Virus record (IMG/VR): IMGVR_UViG_3300028027_000046
DNA length: 20,000 bases
Source: an uncultured virus (IMG/VR IMGVR_UViG_3300028027_000046)
Lineage: Duplodnaviria > Heunggongvirae > Uroviricota > Caudoviricetes
Strand: one strand, 5' to 3'
The notes beneath the pieces were generated by a model. That model was not told the DNA's origin. It was given only the letters and a program-made list of their open reading frames with translations, and searched no databases. Positions 1 through 9,429 of the stretch are shown in pieces (position 1 is the first letter of the stretch; each line of letters opens with the position of its first letter). The position numbers and the translations under genes are program-made.

Positions 1-482
1 TCAAACAACTACCTGAATTTGAAGGATATACATTCACCACTGAACGCTCAAAATACTTACGTGATTTAGGTGTACCATTAAACACTGATTCGACAGTTAA
101 GGGACAAATCATATTTGCTGCTGAACGTGCTAGTGAATTAATGTGCCCAAACATTATTACTGACCGAACAATAATTGACGTAATAGCATTTACTGAATTA
201 TCCCGATCAATACCATTCTATCAAAAAGCAGATTTCCGCACACTAGCATATAATTTAATTTCGGAATATGACTATATATTCTATATATCACCTGATGGCG
301 TAAACATCGAAGACAACGGTGTACGAACAATTGACCCAGTATACCGAACATCCATAGACAATGAAATTAAAAGCATATGTCGTAAACATGTAAGACAAAT
401 AAAAAACTACGCAGAATTGACGGGTTCCGTTGAGGAAAGGGTGCGCAAAGTTAAACAGACAGTATTCCCCACATATTTATAA
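1..482 (+). CDS. 5'-truncated P-loop nucleotide kinase / AAA_28 (NadR/thymidylate-kinase-like) protein
   Basis: Frame 3 is open from base 3 (KQLPEFEGYTFTTERSKYLRDLGVPLN...), so the gene starts before the window and not at 141. IITDRTIID and YDYIFY..P...IEDNGVR motifs resemble AAA_28/NMP kinases. Walker A is not in the window. Confidence 0.6.
   Translation, partial: KQLPEFEGYTFTTERSKYLRDLGVPLNTDSTVKGQIIFAAERASELMCPNIITDRTIIDVIAFTELSRSIPFYQKADFRTLAYNLISEYDYIFYISPDGVNIEDNGVRTIDPVYRTSIDNEIKSICRKHVRQIKNYAELTGSVEERVRKVKQTVFPTYL
474..481 (+). promoter_or_regulatory. Putative phage late promoter TATTTATA
   Basis: Ends 17 nt before ATG 499; the same octamer precedes five other genes. Confidence 0.65.
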
Positions 483-498
483 TTAAAAATATATTCAA

Positions 499-1479
499 AT
501 GAAGAAAAATTACTTAATGGAAATCATCCGCGAGGAAATATCTAGTTACTTAGGCGAAAACGAGTCAATGTACGATTCACCACAAACACAACAGCGTGAA
601 GTATACAGTATGTTGGATCAAGTAGAAAACTTAAAAAAGCTACGTGCTGACTTAGACGAGCAAATTGCACAATTAGAAGCTATTGCAAACACGTTTAACG
701 TAAACGAAGATGCAGCAGCAAACAAAGCAGCAACTGACGCTCAACGTATGGCTATTGATAAAAAAATCACCGCGTTGAATAAAACCAAACAAGAATTATC
801 TAAACCGGGTGTTGCATTAGAAGAAGAGCAACTTGATGAAGAAACGTTAAACGAAATGCCATTCATTGGTGGTGAGAAAGGTGCAGAATTATTCGCAGCA
901 ATTAAAACAGCATCTGAGAAATTAAAAGACAAATTCCCAGACGCAACAGCAAAAGACATTTCAAAAATCATATTAAGTAAAAAGAAACGCCCTGAACTTG
1001 CACCTGAAGTAGAGGACGCGTTAATGGCACAAGAAGAAAAATATGGTGATGACCCAAAATACACAGCTAATTTAGGTGGACCACAAACAGAAAAAGCAGT
1101 AGCTAAAGCATTGGGCGAATATGAGCCAGGACAACGTGGACGTAAAGCAACTGAAAAACCTGCAGTTGAACCAAAAGCAGCAAAAGCAAAAACAGCTCCT
1201 GCCGCTAAAGCAGAAAAATCTGCAGCCGAACCAACTACCACTACTACTGAACCAGTAGACAAAGAAGACGCAGCAGCATTAAAAGCAGCAGCAAACGTTA
1301 AAGGTGGTGCATTAACAGCTGGTGAAAAATACGGTAAGTTAAAAGCATCGTTGGACACTAAAACAGCTGAACTTAAAGCATTGGCTGGTTCAACTGACAT
1401 GGAAAAACGTAAAGCATTAACCGCTGAAAAAATGCGTATTGAGGCTGCAATTGAAAAATTGAAACAAGTAAAAATGTAA
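499..1479 (+). CDS. Hypothetical protein, probable internal head / DNA-binding protein
   Basis: 326 aa. N-terminal IIREEI helix, several [LIV]-x-E sites, GQRGRK motif followed by a Lys/Ala/Pro-rich tract, C-terminal coiled coil. Function is inferred. Confidence 0.55.
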   Translation: MKKNYLMEIIREEISSYLGENESMYDSPQTQQREVYSMLDQVENLKKLRADLDEQIAQLEAIANTFNVNEDAAANKAATDAQRMAIDKKITALNKTKQELSKPGVALEEEQLDEETLNEMPFIGGEKGAELFAAIKTASEKLKDKFPDATAKDISKIILSKKKRPELAPEVEDALMAQEEKYGDDPKYTANLGGPQTEKAVAKALGEYEPGQRGRKATEKPAVEPKAAKAKTAPAAKAEKSAAEPTTTTTEPVDKEDAAALKAAANVKGGALTAGEKYGKLKASLDTKTAELKALAGSTDMEKRKALTAEKMRIEAAIEKLKQVKM

Positions 1480-1485
1480 CAATAC

Positions 1486-1839
1486 ATGAACGACAGGGTA
1501 ATCCATATTAATTTATCAACGGTAATACTATTATGTATTACCCTTGTTGTTTTATTCATATCAACCAAATCATGCGGTTCAAACCCAACTGATTTAACCA
1601 ATCAACAAACACAAATAGACAGTATATCTGGGGTTATCAACCAACTACAGTTAAAGCAACACAAACTAGATGGCACTCTAATCCACCACACTCGAAACAT
1701 CGACTCACTCAACCATGCCATCCTAAATACCCAGCAACAAATATTAGACACACGCTCATATTATGACAATAAAATTAAGGATATTAACCGTTATACTTTT
1801 ACTCAACTCTATAGTTTTTTCGCAAACCGATACAAATAA
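1486..1839 (+). CDS. Membrane-anchored coiled-coil protein, putative spanin subunit (possible lipoprotein)
   Basis: N-terminal hydrophobic stretch (VILLCITLVVLFI), then STKSC, then a heptad-like region. Overlaps the next gene by 77 nt. Confidence 0.45.
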   Translation: MNDRVIHINLSTVILLCITLVVLFISTKSCGSNPTDLTNQQTQIDSISGVINQLQLKQHKLDGTLIHHTRNIDSLNHAILNTQQQILDTRSYYDNKIKDINRYTFTQLYSFFANRYK

Positions 1840-2191
1840 AATTTGTTTCCCGTACCCTACCGCAAAACGTATAGCTATTGATCTAGTTAAAGGCGATTCA
1901 GCCATGGCTGAATTGAAACATACTCATGTACTTGTAGAGCAATATAAACAATCCCTAGTTGAACGTGATAGTGTAATTGACACATACCGTACTAAAACAG
2001 CAACATATATTCAAGAAATATCGTTGCGTGATACTACCATTTCACTTCAAAAATACATGGTATCTGAACTCAAATCGGATGTTGAAAAAGCAAACATCCA
2101 ATTAGACATATACAAAACAACCACTAAATATTTATCCGTAGGTTTAGTTGGTACACTAGCGGTTATTTCATTTTTATTTTATTTAAAATAA
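1763..2191 (+). CDS. Signal-peptide, coiled-coil, C-terminally anchored protein, putative spanin partner
   Basis: Signal peptide MTIKLRILTVILLLNSIVFS|Q, coiled-coil middle, C-terminal TM helix YLSVGLVGTLAVISFLFY. Confidence 0.45.
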   Translation: MTIKLRILTVILLLNSIVFSQTDTNKICFPYPTAKRIAIDLVKGDSAMAELKHTHVLVEQYKQSLVERDSVIDTYRTKTATYIQEISLRDTTISLQKYMVSELKSDVEKANIQLDIYKTTTKYLSVGLVGTLAVISFLFYLK

Positions 2192-2192
2192 C

Positions 2193-3773
2193 ATGCAAGA
2201 CAATAAAAGTTTACGCCAAATAATAAAGGAGGAATATATCAAATGTGCATCGAGTCCTGCATATTTCATGAAGAAATATTGCTATATCCAGCACCCAAAA
2301 CGCGGACGTATACAATTCCAACTATACCCATTCCAGGAAAAGGTACTTACCCTATTCCAAGAAAATCCATACTCAATTGTACTTAAATCAAGACAGTTAG
2401 GTATATCTACCCTAGCATCTGGATACTCAGTATGGTTAATGCTATTCCATCAAGACAAAAATATACTTTGTATTGCCACTAAACAGGACACTGCAAAGAA
2501 CATCGTAACCAAGGTGAAATTCATGTACGACAATTTACCTACCTGGCTACGCGAAAAAGACAAACCCATTGAGGACAATAAACTTACATTACGTCTTAAC
2601 AACGGTTCACAAATTAAAGCAACCTCTGCATCATCCGATGCTGGTCGATCCGAAGCAGTATCTTTGCTGCTAATTGACGAGGCTGCATTCATTAACAACA
2701 TCGGCGAGATATGGGCATCAGCTCAACAAACCTTAGCAACTGGTGGGGGCTGCATCGCATTATCCACTCCATACGGTACAGGTAATTGGTTCCATCAAAC
2801 ATGGTTAGGCGCTGAAATGGGTGACAATTCATTCCTACCCATCAAATTACCGTGGAGTGTTCACCCTGAACGAGACCAGTCATGGCGCGATAGACAAGAT
2901 GCGGATTTAGGTCCACGAATGGCGGCACAGGAATGTGATTGCGATTTCTCCACATCCGGTGACACTGTATTCACACCTGAGGACTTAGAGTTTTATTCCA
3001 AAACATATATCCGCGAACCACTAGAAAAACGTGGTGTCGACCAAAACCTGTGGATATGGGAACCAGCTGACTATTCCCGTAACTACATGGTAGCAGCTGA
3101 CGTTGCCCGTGGTGATGGTAAGGATTTCTCCACATTCCATATATTTGACGTTGAAACATTCAAACAAGTGGGTGAATATAGAGGTCAGTTAACCACAACT
3201 GAATTCGGACATTTACTAGTTGGTATAGCAACCGAATACAACAATGCATTACTAGCTGTAGAGAACGCATCCATTGGTTGGTCAACCATCCAAACCATAA
3301 TTGATCGTGGATATCCAAATTTATACTACACACCAAAGGGATCTGCAGTTAATTCATATTTCGACCCAGTAATGGATACAAGTAAAATGGTTGCTGGATT
3401 TAATTTAAATCAACAGAATCGCCCAGTAGCCATAGGAAAGTTCCAAGAAGCTATGAGGGAACGAAGTGCTGTCGTATATTCATCTAGGTTATTTGAGGAA
3501 ATGAAGGTATTCGTTTGGAAAAATGGCCGCGCTGAGGCACAAACCGGATACAACGATGACCTAGTAATGGCATTTTCAATTGGTTGTTATTTAAGAGACA
3601 CATCATTTAAAATGCGACAACAAGGAATGGACATGTCCCGAAGCATATTAAACAGCATAAACACAACCACAAACCCATATGCAGGTGGATACATGAACGG
3701 TTCAAACCAAAACCAATTTAGTATACCAAACCCATACGGAAACGGTAGCGAGGACATATCCTGGCTACTTTAA
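2193..3773 (+). CDS. terL: Terminase large subunit (T4 gp17-like)
   Basis: LYPFQ adenine-binding motif, KSRQLGIST Walker A, LLLIDEAAF Walker B, STPYG coupling motif, nuclease motifs AADVARGDGKDFS and DDLVMA. Confidence 0.97.
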   Translation: MQDNKSLRQIIKEEYIKCASSPAYFMKKYCYIQHPKRGRIQFQLYPFQEKVLTLFQENPYSIVLKSRQLGISTLASGYSVWLMLFHQDKNILCIATKQDTAKNIVTKVKFMYDNLPTWLREKDKPIEDNKLTLRLNNGSQIKATSASSDAGRSEAVSLLLIDEAAFINNIGEIWASAQQTLATGGGCIALSTPYGTGNWFHQTWLGAEMGDNSFLPIKLPWSVHPERDQSWRDRQDADLGPRMAAQECDCDFSTSGDTVFTPEDLEFYSKTYIREPLEKRGVDQNLWIWEPADYSRNYMVAADVARGDGKDFSTFHIFDVETFKQVGEYRGQLTTTEFGHLLVGIATEYNNALLAVENASIGWSTIQTIIDRGYPNLYYTPKGSAVNSYFDPVMDTSKMVAGFNLNQQNRPVAIGKFQEAMRERSAVVYSSRLFEEMKVFVWKNGRAEAQTGYNDDLVMAFSIGCYLRDTSFKMRQQGMDMSRSILNSINTTTNPYAGGYMNGSNQNQFSIPNPYGNGSEDISWLL

Positions 3774-3794
3774 TAAACATAATTAAAACTATAT

Positions 3795-5693
3795 ATGGCT
3801 AACACAAATTTACTACCCCGATTAAAACGATTATTTTCTACCGATGTCATCATCCGTAATGACGGCGGTGTAGGGTTAAAAGTAATGGACGTTAATAAAA
3901 TCCAGCAATCCGGTAAATACGAAACCAATTCACTAGTGGATCGATTCAGTAGGATATGGACCAACACCCATACATCAATATATGGTTATCAAAGTAGTTT
4001 TAACTACCAAACATTGCGTCCTACATTGTACTCTGAGTACGATGCAATGGATACAGACGCTATCGTAGCATCAGCACTGGATATTATTGCGGATGAAAGT
4101 ACATTAAAAAACGACATGGGCGAAATATTGCAGATCCGTAGCCCAGACGAAGACATACAAAAAATACTGTACAATTTATTCTACGACGTTTTAAACGTTG
4201 AATTTAATTTATGGCCATGGGTTAGAGGTATGTGCAAATACGGTGACTTTTTCCTTAAACTAGAAATATCTGAAAAATTCGGTGTATACAACGTAATACC
4301 ATTTAACGCATTCCACATTGAAAGACAAGACGGATACGATTCAGACAACCCATCCGGAGTACGTTACAAATTCCAACCAGATGGCGTTTCCTCACCATCT
4401 AACTATGGCTACTACAATGTACCTAATTCAGCTAATCAAGCAAACGAGGTATATTTTGATAACTACGAAATGGCCCATTTCCGCCTATTAACCGATACTA
4501 ACTTCTTACCTTACGGTAGATCGTATTTGGAACCAGGCCGTAAATTATTCAAGCAATATACAATGATGGAGGATGCTATGTTGATTCACCGTATTGTAAG
4601 AGCACCTGAAAAACGTATATTCTACATTAATGTAGGAAATATTGCTCCTGCCGAAGTGGAAAACTTCATGCAGAAGACCATTTCAAAAATGAAACGTACC
4701 CCGTACATTGACCAACAAACGGGTGACTACAACTTGAAATACAACATGCAAAACCTACTTGAGGACTTCTACATCCCAGTACGTGGTAATGACCAAGCAA
4801 CAAAAATCGACACTACTAAAGGTTTAGACTATGCTGGAATAGAGGATGTATCGTACCTACGTGACAAATTATTTGCTGCGTTAAAGGTGCCGAAAGCATT
4901 CATGGGTTACGAGAAAGATTTAACTGGTAAAGCAACATTAGCCGCTGAAGATATTCGTTTTGCACGTACAATTTCACGTATACAAAGCATCATGGTATCC
5001 GAATTAACTAAAATTGCTTTAGTACATTTATATTCACAAGGGTATACTGACGAGAACTTAACCAATTTCGAATTATCATTAACCAACCCATCAATCATAT
5101 TTGAACAAGAGAAAATCGCATTACTTAAGGAAAAAGTAGAGTTAGCTAATTCAATGATGGAGAATAAATTACTCCCATCTGATTTCATCTACGAACATAT
5201 ATTCCAGTTCAGTGAAGATAAATTTGATGAGTACAAAGACTTGATAATGCAAGATGCTAAGCGTAAATTCAGACTAGCACAAATTGAGAACGAAGGAAAC
5301 GATCCACTTGAAACTGGCAAGTCATATGGTACACCACACGATTTAGCATCGTTATATGGTAGAGGTAGATATGAAGATACGCAACTACCTGATGGATACG
5401 ACGAGAAAAATCCACTTGGACGCCCTGAAGAAAAAGTAACCAACCGCAATACACAAGACAGCCCATTTGGTAAAGATTTACTTGGCGCTATGGGTATGAA
5501 AAAAGACAACGACGAATCAGATTCAATTAAACCTACATACAAAGGTGGATCTCCGTTAGCACTTGAATCAAAAAAGACACCAAAACGTAACGCTGATTTA
5601 CTTAACCAAATCAACAAAAACAAAAAACGCATCATATTCGAGTCGGATGTCAACGGGAATTCGCTACTAGATGAATCACAAATACGAGAGTAA
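3795..5693 (+). CDS. gp20: Portal protein (T4 gp20-like)
   Basis: EDAMLIHRIVRAPEKRIFYINVGN, LEDFYIPVRG, YLRDKLFAALKVP and EDIRFARTI match gp20-family motifs; directly follows terL. Confidence 0.95.
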   Translation: MANTNLLPRLKRLFSTDVIIRNDGGVGLKVMDVNKIQQSGKYETNSLVDRFSRIWTNTHTSIYGYQSSFNYQTLRPTLYSEYDAMDTDAIVASALDIIADESTLKNDMGEILQIRSPDEDIQKILYNLFYDVLNVEFNLWPWVRGMCKYGDFFLKLEISEKFGVYNVIPFNAFHIERQDGYDSDNPSGVRYKFQPDGVSSPSNYGYYNVPNSANQANEVYFDNYEMAHFRLLTDTNFLPYGRSYLEPGRKLFKQYTMMEDAMLIHRIVRAPEKRIFYINVGNIAPAEVENFMQKTISKMKRTPYIDQQTGDYNLKYNMQNLLEDFYIPVRGNDQATKIDTTKGLDYAGIEDVSYLRDKLFAALKVPKAFMGYEKDLTGKATLAAEDIRFARTISRIQSIMVSELTKIALVHLYSQGYTDENLTNFELSLTNPSIIFEQEKIALLKEKVELANSMMENKLLPSDFIYEHIFQFSEDKFDEYKDLIMQDAKRKFRLAQIENEGNDPLETGKSYGTPHDLASLYGRGRYEDTQLPDGYDEKNPLGRPEEKVTNRNTQDSPFGKDLLGAMGMKKDNDESDSIKPTYKGGSPLALESKKTPKRNADLLNQINKNKKRIIFESDVNGNSLLDESQIRE

Positions 5694-5705
5694 CACCTCT
5701 CCATA

Positions 5706-5713
5706 TATTTATA
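5706..5713 (+). promoter_or_regulatory. Putative phage late promoter TATTTATA
   Basis: Intergenic; ends 20 nt before ATG 5734. Confidence 0.65.
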
Positions 5714-5733
5714 ATTAAACTAAACTATATAGA

Positions 5734-6597
5734 ATGAATCTCATAAAACATTCGAAGTATAAAAATACGGGAATATTATTTGAACTATTGGTCCGTCAAA
5801 TTACATCTGACACATTAGATGGTAAGGATTCACCAGTGAAAGGCCTACTAAAAAAATATTTCGTAAAAACCGAGTTAGGGCGTGAGTATAAACTATATGA
5901 AACGTTATTGAAAAAGACATCATTAACGGAAACCAAAGCAAATATAGTAGTAAATACATTAGCTGAGTCATCTACATCGTTAAATCGTGGTGCTATCAAA
6001 CGCCAAAAATACAATTTAATTAAGGAAATCAAGGAACACTACGATTTAGAAAAATTCTTCAACCACAAATTACCTAACTACAAAGTATTTGCTGCATTCT
6101 ACACATTACTAGAAACATATAATACACCACCATTATCAGTTGATCCTGAACAGATAATTAACAACAAAGTAACTATACTTGAACATTTAACGGCGGCACC
6201 AATTACTGAGAAAAAAGTAAAAGACGACGTAATGGATGCGTTTATTGGTTCGGATAAAGATGTACGTTTATTAGCATATAGAATGTCATTGGATAAATTC
6301 AATAGTAAATACAACAATTTCGATTCCAACCAAAAAGCAGTACTTAAAGAATATATTAATTCAGTAGACAACAGTACACGTTTACGTGAATTTTACATTG
6401 ACAAAACAAACGAAATCAAAACTCAACTAGTTGAAATTAACCAACTTACTAAAAACCCAGTAACCAAAATCAAAATTGACGAAATAATCAATATGATTAC
6501 TGTACCTAGTAAGACACACAAAATCAAAGACAACAATATAGTTGACCTGTTGCAATATTACGATTTAGTAAAAGAACTGGAACATGCTAACAGATAG
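5734..6597 (+). CDS. Hypothetical helical head-region protein
   Basis: 287-aa ORF between portal and protease with its own promoter motif; no family recognised. Confidence 0.75.
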   Translation: MNLIKHSKYKNTGILFELLVRQITSDTLDGKDSPVKGLLKKYFVKTELGREYKLYETLLKKTSLTETKANIVVNTLAESSTSLNRGAIKRQKYNLIKEIKEHYDLEKFFNHKLPNYKVFAAFYTLLETYNTPPLSVDPEQIINNKVTILEHLTAAPITEKKVKDDVMDAFIGSDKDVRLLAYRMSLDKFNSKYNNFDSNQKAVLKEYINSVDNSTRLREFYIDKTNEIKTQLVEINQLTKNPVTKIKIDEIINMITVPSKTHKIKDNNIVDLLQYYDLVKELEHANR

Positions 6598-7045
6598 AAT
6601 ACGCGAGATAGTTAAAGCTAAACTAAAAGAAACTAGTGCCACCTCACAGGGTGGTGCCTCATTTTCACCCGGTGCCGGTGAGCAATACGCTACACCTAAA
6701 GCATTTAACAAAAACAAAAACGCAAAAGGCGAAGCAACTAAATACTACTACAAATTGGGATATAAGCCAGTACCGGATAAAATCAAGGGATCTGGTTTGG
6801 AAGTAAAACAGTTATTTGAAACTGAACCTATCAACGAAACCAGCGACTTCCAACGCGAGCGCATAGCTGCGTTCGACGACATAGAAACGCGTTTAAACGC
6901 GCTACATCCACTTGTATCCAACGCAAAAAATGAAACCGCAGAATACTACAATGAACATCCCGGATCATACGACATATATAAACCAACCGAAATGATTTTA
7001 AGTTACCTTAAAAACATTGAACAACTATTAACTGCACCAAAATGA
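6584..7045 (+). CDS. Hypothetical head-region protein
   Basis: 153 aa; overlaps the upstream gene by 14 nt and the downstream gene by ATGA; LKE/LFE/INE sites. Confidence 0.7.
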   Translation: MLTDRIREIVKAKLKETSATSQGGASFSPGAGEQYATPKAFNKNKNAKGEATKYYYKLGYKPVPDKIKGSGLEVKQLFETEPINETSDFQRERIAAFDDIETRLNALHPLVSNAKNETAEYYNEHPGSYDIYKPTEMILSYLKNIEQLLTAPK

Positions 7046-8607
7046 AAAAAACACTACAAGACCAATACTTATTACTTAAGGAAGGAAAAGGACACAAAGG
7101 TGTATTCTTAACTGAAGCAAAACGTCAATTCCCAAACCTTATCCCTGTTAATGCTGATGTTGAATTAACTACACGCATATTAAAAGACAAAAATGTCATT
7201 AGCGAAAATATAGTTGGTTTACAAGCAATCAACCAAATGATTCCTACTAAAAAAGAGTCATTTGAAACTGCATTTGAATCGTTCTTGAAAGAAGCAAAGA
7301 AAAAAGAAGCGACTGACAAAGCCGAAGCAAAAACCGTATCCAAATCCGTTGAAGACAAGCAAGAACACGCGCATGACAACGCAGACGAGAAAAACATCGA
7401 CAACGTTATATTTGACCAAGTAATGATGGGTTACTACGCGGAAATGAAAGACCCTAAAAACGCGGACAAAACAATGGAGGAATTAAAAGCCATTGTACTT
7501 AAAAACCTACAAAAAGATCCTATCCACTATACTAAAGAAGGACAATTCGGCGTTAAAGAATTAGGTTACACAACTGAACATCCAGGTTTAGGTACACCAA
7601 AAGAAGTAAAAGGAAAATATGCATCTGGCGGTATGGAACCAGTTAAGTTAAATGAGTCAATGGATGAAGCATACCAAATGACTAATGTTAATGTTCACAA
7701 TACAAAAACAGGAGGGAAAATATTCGTACCAGAAAAATTACCAATATTACCAATAATCATTAAACGATTTGGTGAACATATGGTATTTGATGCTGCTAAT
7801 AATATAATGTATATTTCTGCTATATTGTATAACAACCTAATAAAAGGATATGCAGATCAACCAGCAATTAAAAAACTAATAATGGACATACCACCAATGG
7901 TTAAACAATTGCTAAACAAAACACAAAACTATGGTAAACCTAAAACGTTGGATGGTTATAAATTTAAACAATATTTCCCATTTGCGGGTGATGTAGAAAT
8001 AGCTGAAGACGATAAATTCAATAAAGACGGTACTAAAAAATACTATTCAAAAGGTAATTACCTATTCCAAAACCTAAACAAACAAAACGCCCTAGAAGAA
8101 GATATGTCAATCAACGAATCAAAGTTACGCGGAATCATTCGCTCAATCATCGCTGAAGAAATGAGCAAAACACCATTAAACGAAAATATCCACAAACGTT
8201 TAAAAGAAATTGACGGTGAAGTAGCAAACGAAGTAATCCAGTCTAAACTTAACAAAGTACAGGAAGAAATCGAAAAACGTACAAACCAATTAAACATGAT
8301 TGACGAGAACGAAGACTTGAAAGACTTAACAGACGGTAAGAAAATTAAAGCACTTCAGAAAGAAATCAAGTTACTAGAAAAAGCGAAAGCAAAACTTGAA
8401 AAATCCATGAAGGGCAAGAAAAAAGAAGTACTTGACGAAACTGAAAACGTAGACGAAGCATCACCAGAATACATGGCTGCTAAGCAAGACGCTGAAGATC
8501 GTTACAATGAAGGAGAAGATATCGACTCAATCATAGCTGACTACCCTCAATTCAAACGCGAATTATACAATGATATAATTGGTGGATTTGAAGGAATGGA
8601 TTACTAA
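7042..8607 (+). CDS. Hypothetical modular head-region protein (probable internal/core protein)
   Basis: 521 aa, E/K-rich, many [LIVM]-x-E sites, directly upstream of the prohead protease. Confidence 0.7.
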   Translation: MKKTLQDQYLLLKEGKGHKGVFLTEAKRQFPNLIPVNADVELTTRILKDKNVISENIVGLQAINQMIPTKKESFETAFESFLKEAKKKEATDKAEAKTVSKSVEDKQEHAHDNADEKNIDNVIFDQVMMGYYAEMKDPKNADKTMEELKAIVLKNLQKDPIHYTKEGQFGVKELGYTTEHPGLGTPKEVKGKYASGGMEPVKLNESMDEAYQMTNVNVHNTKTGGKIFVPEKLPILPIIIKRFGEHMVFDAANNIMYISAILYNNLIKGYADQPAIKKLIMDIPPMVKQLLNKTQNYGKPKTLDGYKFKQYFPFAGDVEIAEDDKFNKDGTKKYYSKGNYLFQNLNKQNALEEDMSINESKLRGIIRSIIAEEMSKTPLNENIHKRLKEIDGEVANEVIQSKLNKVQEEIEKRTNQLNMIDENEDLKDLTDGKKIKALQKEIKLLEKAKAKLEKSMKGKKKEVLDETENVDEASPEYMAAKQDAEDRYNEGEDIDSIIADYPQFKRELYNDIIGGFEGMDY

Positions 8608-8624
8608 AAAACACATTTATACCC

Positions 8625-9257
8625 ATGAACAAACAATTATTAATTGAAACACGATACTTTAACCCATCACCTGTCCGTCTAGTAGAAGGGCAGGGAAATG
8701 GTGGTAATGTATTTGTAGAAGGTATATTAGCAACCGTTGAAGTAAAAAACGGAAACGGTCGTTATTACCCACGCGAGTTATGGGAACGTGAAATTGATAA
8801 ATTCTCACAAAAAATCAACCAACGCTCAACTGAAACATGTGGTGAATTAGACCACCCAGATTCACAAATCATTAACCTCCAAAATTCATCTCACGCCATA
8901 CGTAAAATTTGGTGGGATGGTGATAAAATCATGGGATTAATAGAGATATTCTCGGACATGGGTGAAAAAGGAACAAACGCAGGTCGTATAGCTGGAGCAT
9001 TAGTTAAAAACGGACTGAATATTGGTGTATCATCTCGCGGCATGGGTTCACTTAAACAAGTAGGTGAAATCATGGAAGTACAAAACGACTTTGAACTATT
9101 GACATGGGACATAGTATCTAACCCATCCAACCCTAACTCATGGATGACCCCAACATCACTAAATGAATCCAGAACTACTACACTGGATTCATATAACAAA
9201 GTTAATTCATTAATTACCGAAATAATGTGTGCTAAAGGCACATGCCCTATATTTTAA
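8625..9257 (+). CDS. gp21: Prohead core protease (T4 gp21-like)
   Basis: NGNGRYYP, GELDHP (catalytic His), GVSSRGMGSL (catalytic Ser), DFELLTWDIVSNPS. Confidence 0.95.
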   Translation: MNKQLLIETRYFNPSPVRLVEGQGNGGNVFVEGILATVEVKNGNGRYYPRELWEREIDKFSQKINQRSTETCGELDHPDSQIINLQNSSHAIRKIWWDGDKIMGLIEIFSDMGEKGTNAGRIAGALVKNGLNIGVSSRGMGSLKQVGEIMEVQNDFELLTWDIVSNPSNPNSWMTPTSLNESRTTTLDSYNKVNSLITEIMCAKGTCPIF

Positions 9258-9289
9258 AAATATTTAAGATTGCAAACCGGTCAAAAATC

Positions 9290-9314
9290 GCTCCCTATTG
9301 TGGGGGCTTTTTTT
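9290..9314 (+). terminator. Rho-independent terminator after the protease gene
   Basis: GCTCCC-tattgt-GGGGGC stem (one G:U pair) followed by T7. Confidence 0.75.
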
Positions 9315-9344
9315 GTCCTCTGCGACTTTAATTATCTCCATACA

Positions 9345-9352
9345 TACGTATA
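9345..9352 (+). promoter_or_regulatory. Variant late promoter TACGTATA for the scaffold-MCP operon
   Basis: CATACGTATA, just after a terminator; the same decamer occurs at 19090-19099; two mismatches to CATATTTATA. Confidence 0.55.
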
Positions 9353-9360
9353 CTCCGAAT

Positions 9361-9429
9361 ATGCCATCCCCTCAATATATTATATGGCATCCAATTAATT
9401 TATATTCTATTACGTTTCAAATAAACGTA
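9361..9429 (+). promoter_or_regulatory. Structured 5' leader with two hairpins
   Basis: ATGCCAT(9361-9367)/ATGGCAT(9384-9390) and TACGTTT(9411-9417)/AAACGTA(9423-9429) are perfect 7-bp inverted repeats. Confidence 0.45.

Noticed and set aside
141..143. ATG 141 as the start of the first gene
   Set aside because: The frame is open back to the window edge with plausible coding sequence, so the gene is 5'-truncated.
741..1601. 286-aa minus-strand ORF (and similar antisense ORFs at 5189-5704, 9596-10195, 12481-12957, 14279-14758)
   Set aside because: Antisense shadows of codon-biased + strand genes; S/F/L-rich translations with no recognisable motifs or expression signals.
8614..8621. CATTTATA before the protease gene as a promoter
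   Set aside because: Only 3 nt from the ATG, and the same octamer occurs inside genes (about 5025 and 18914).
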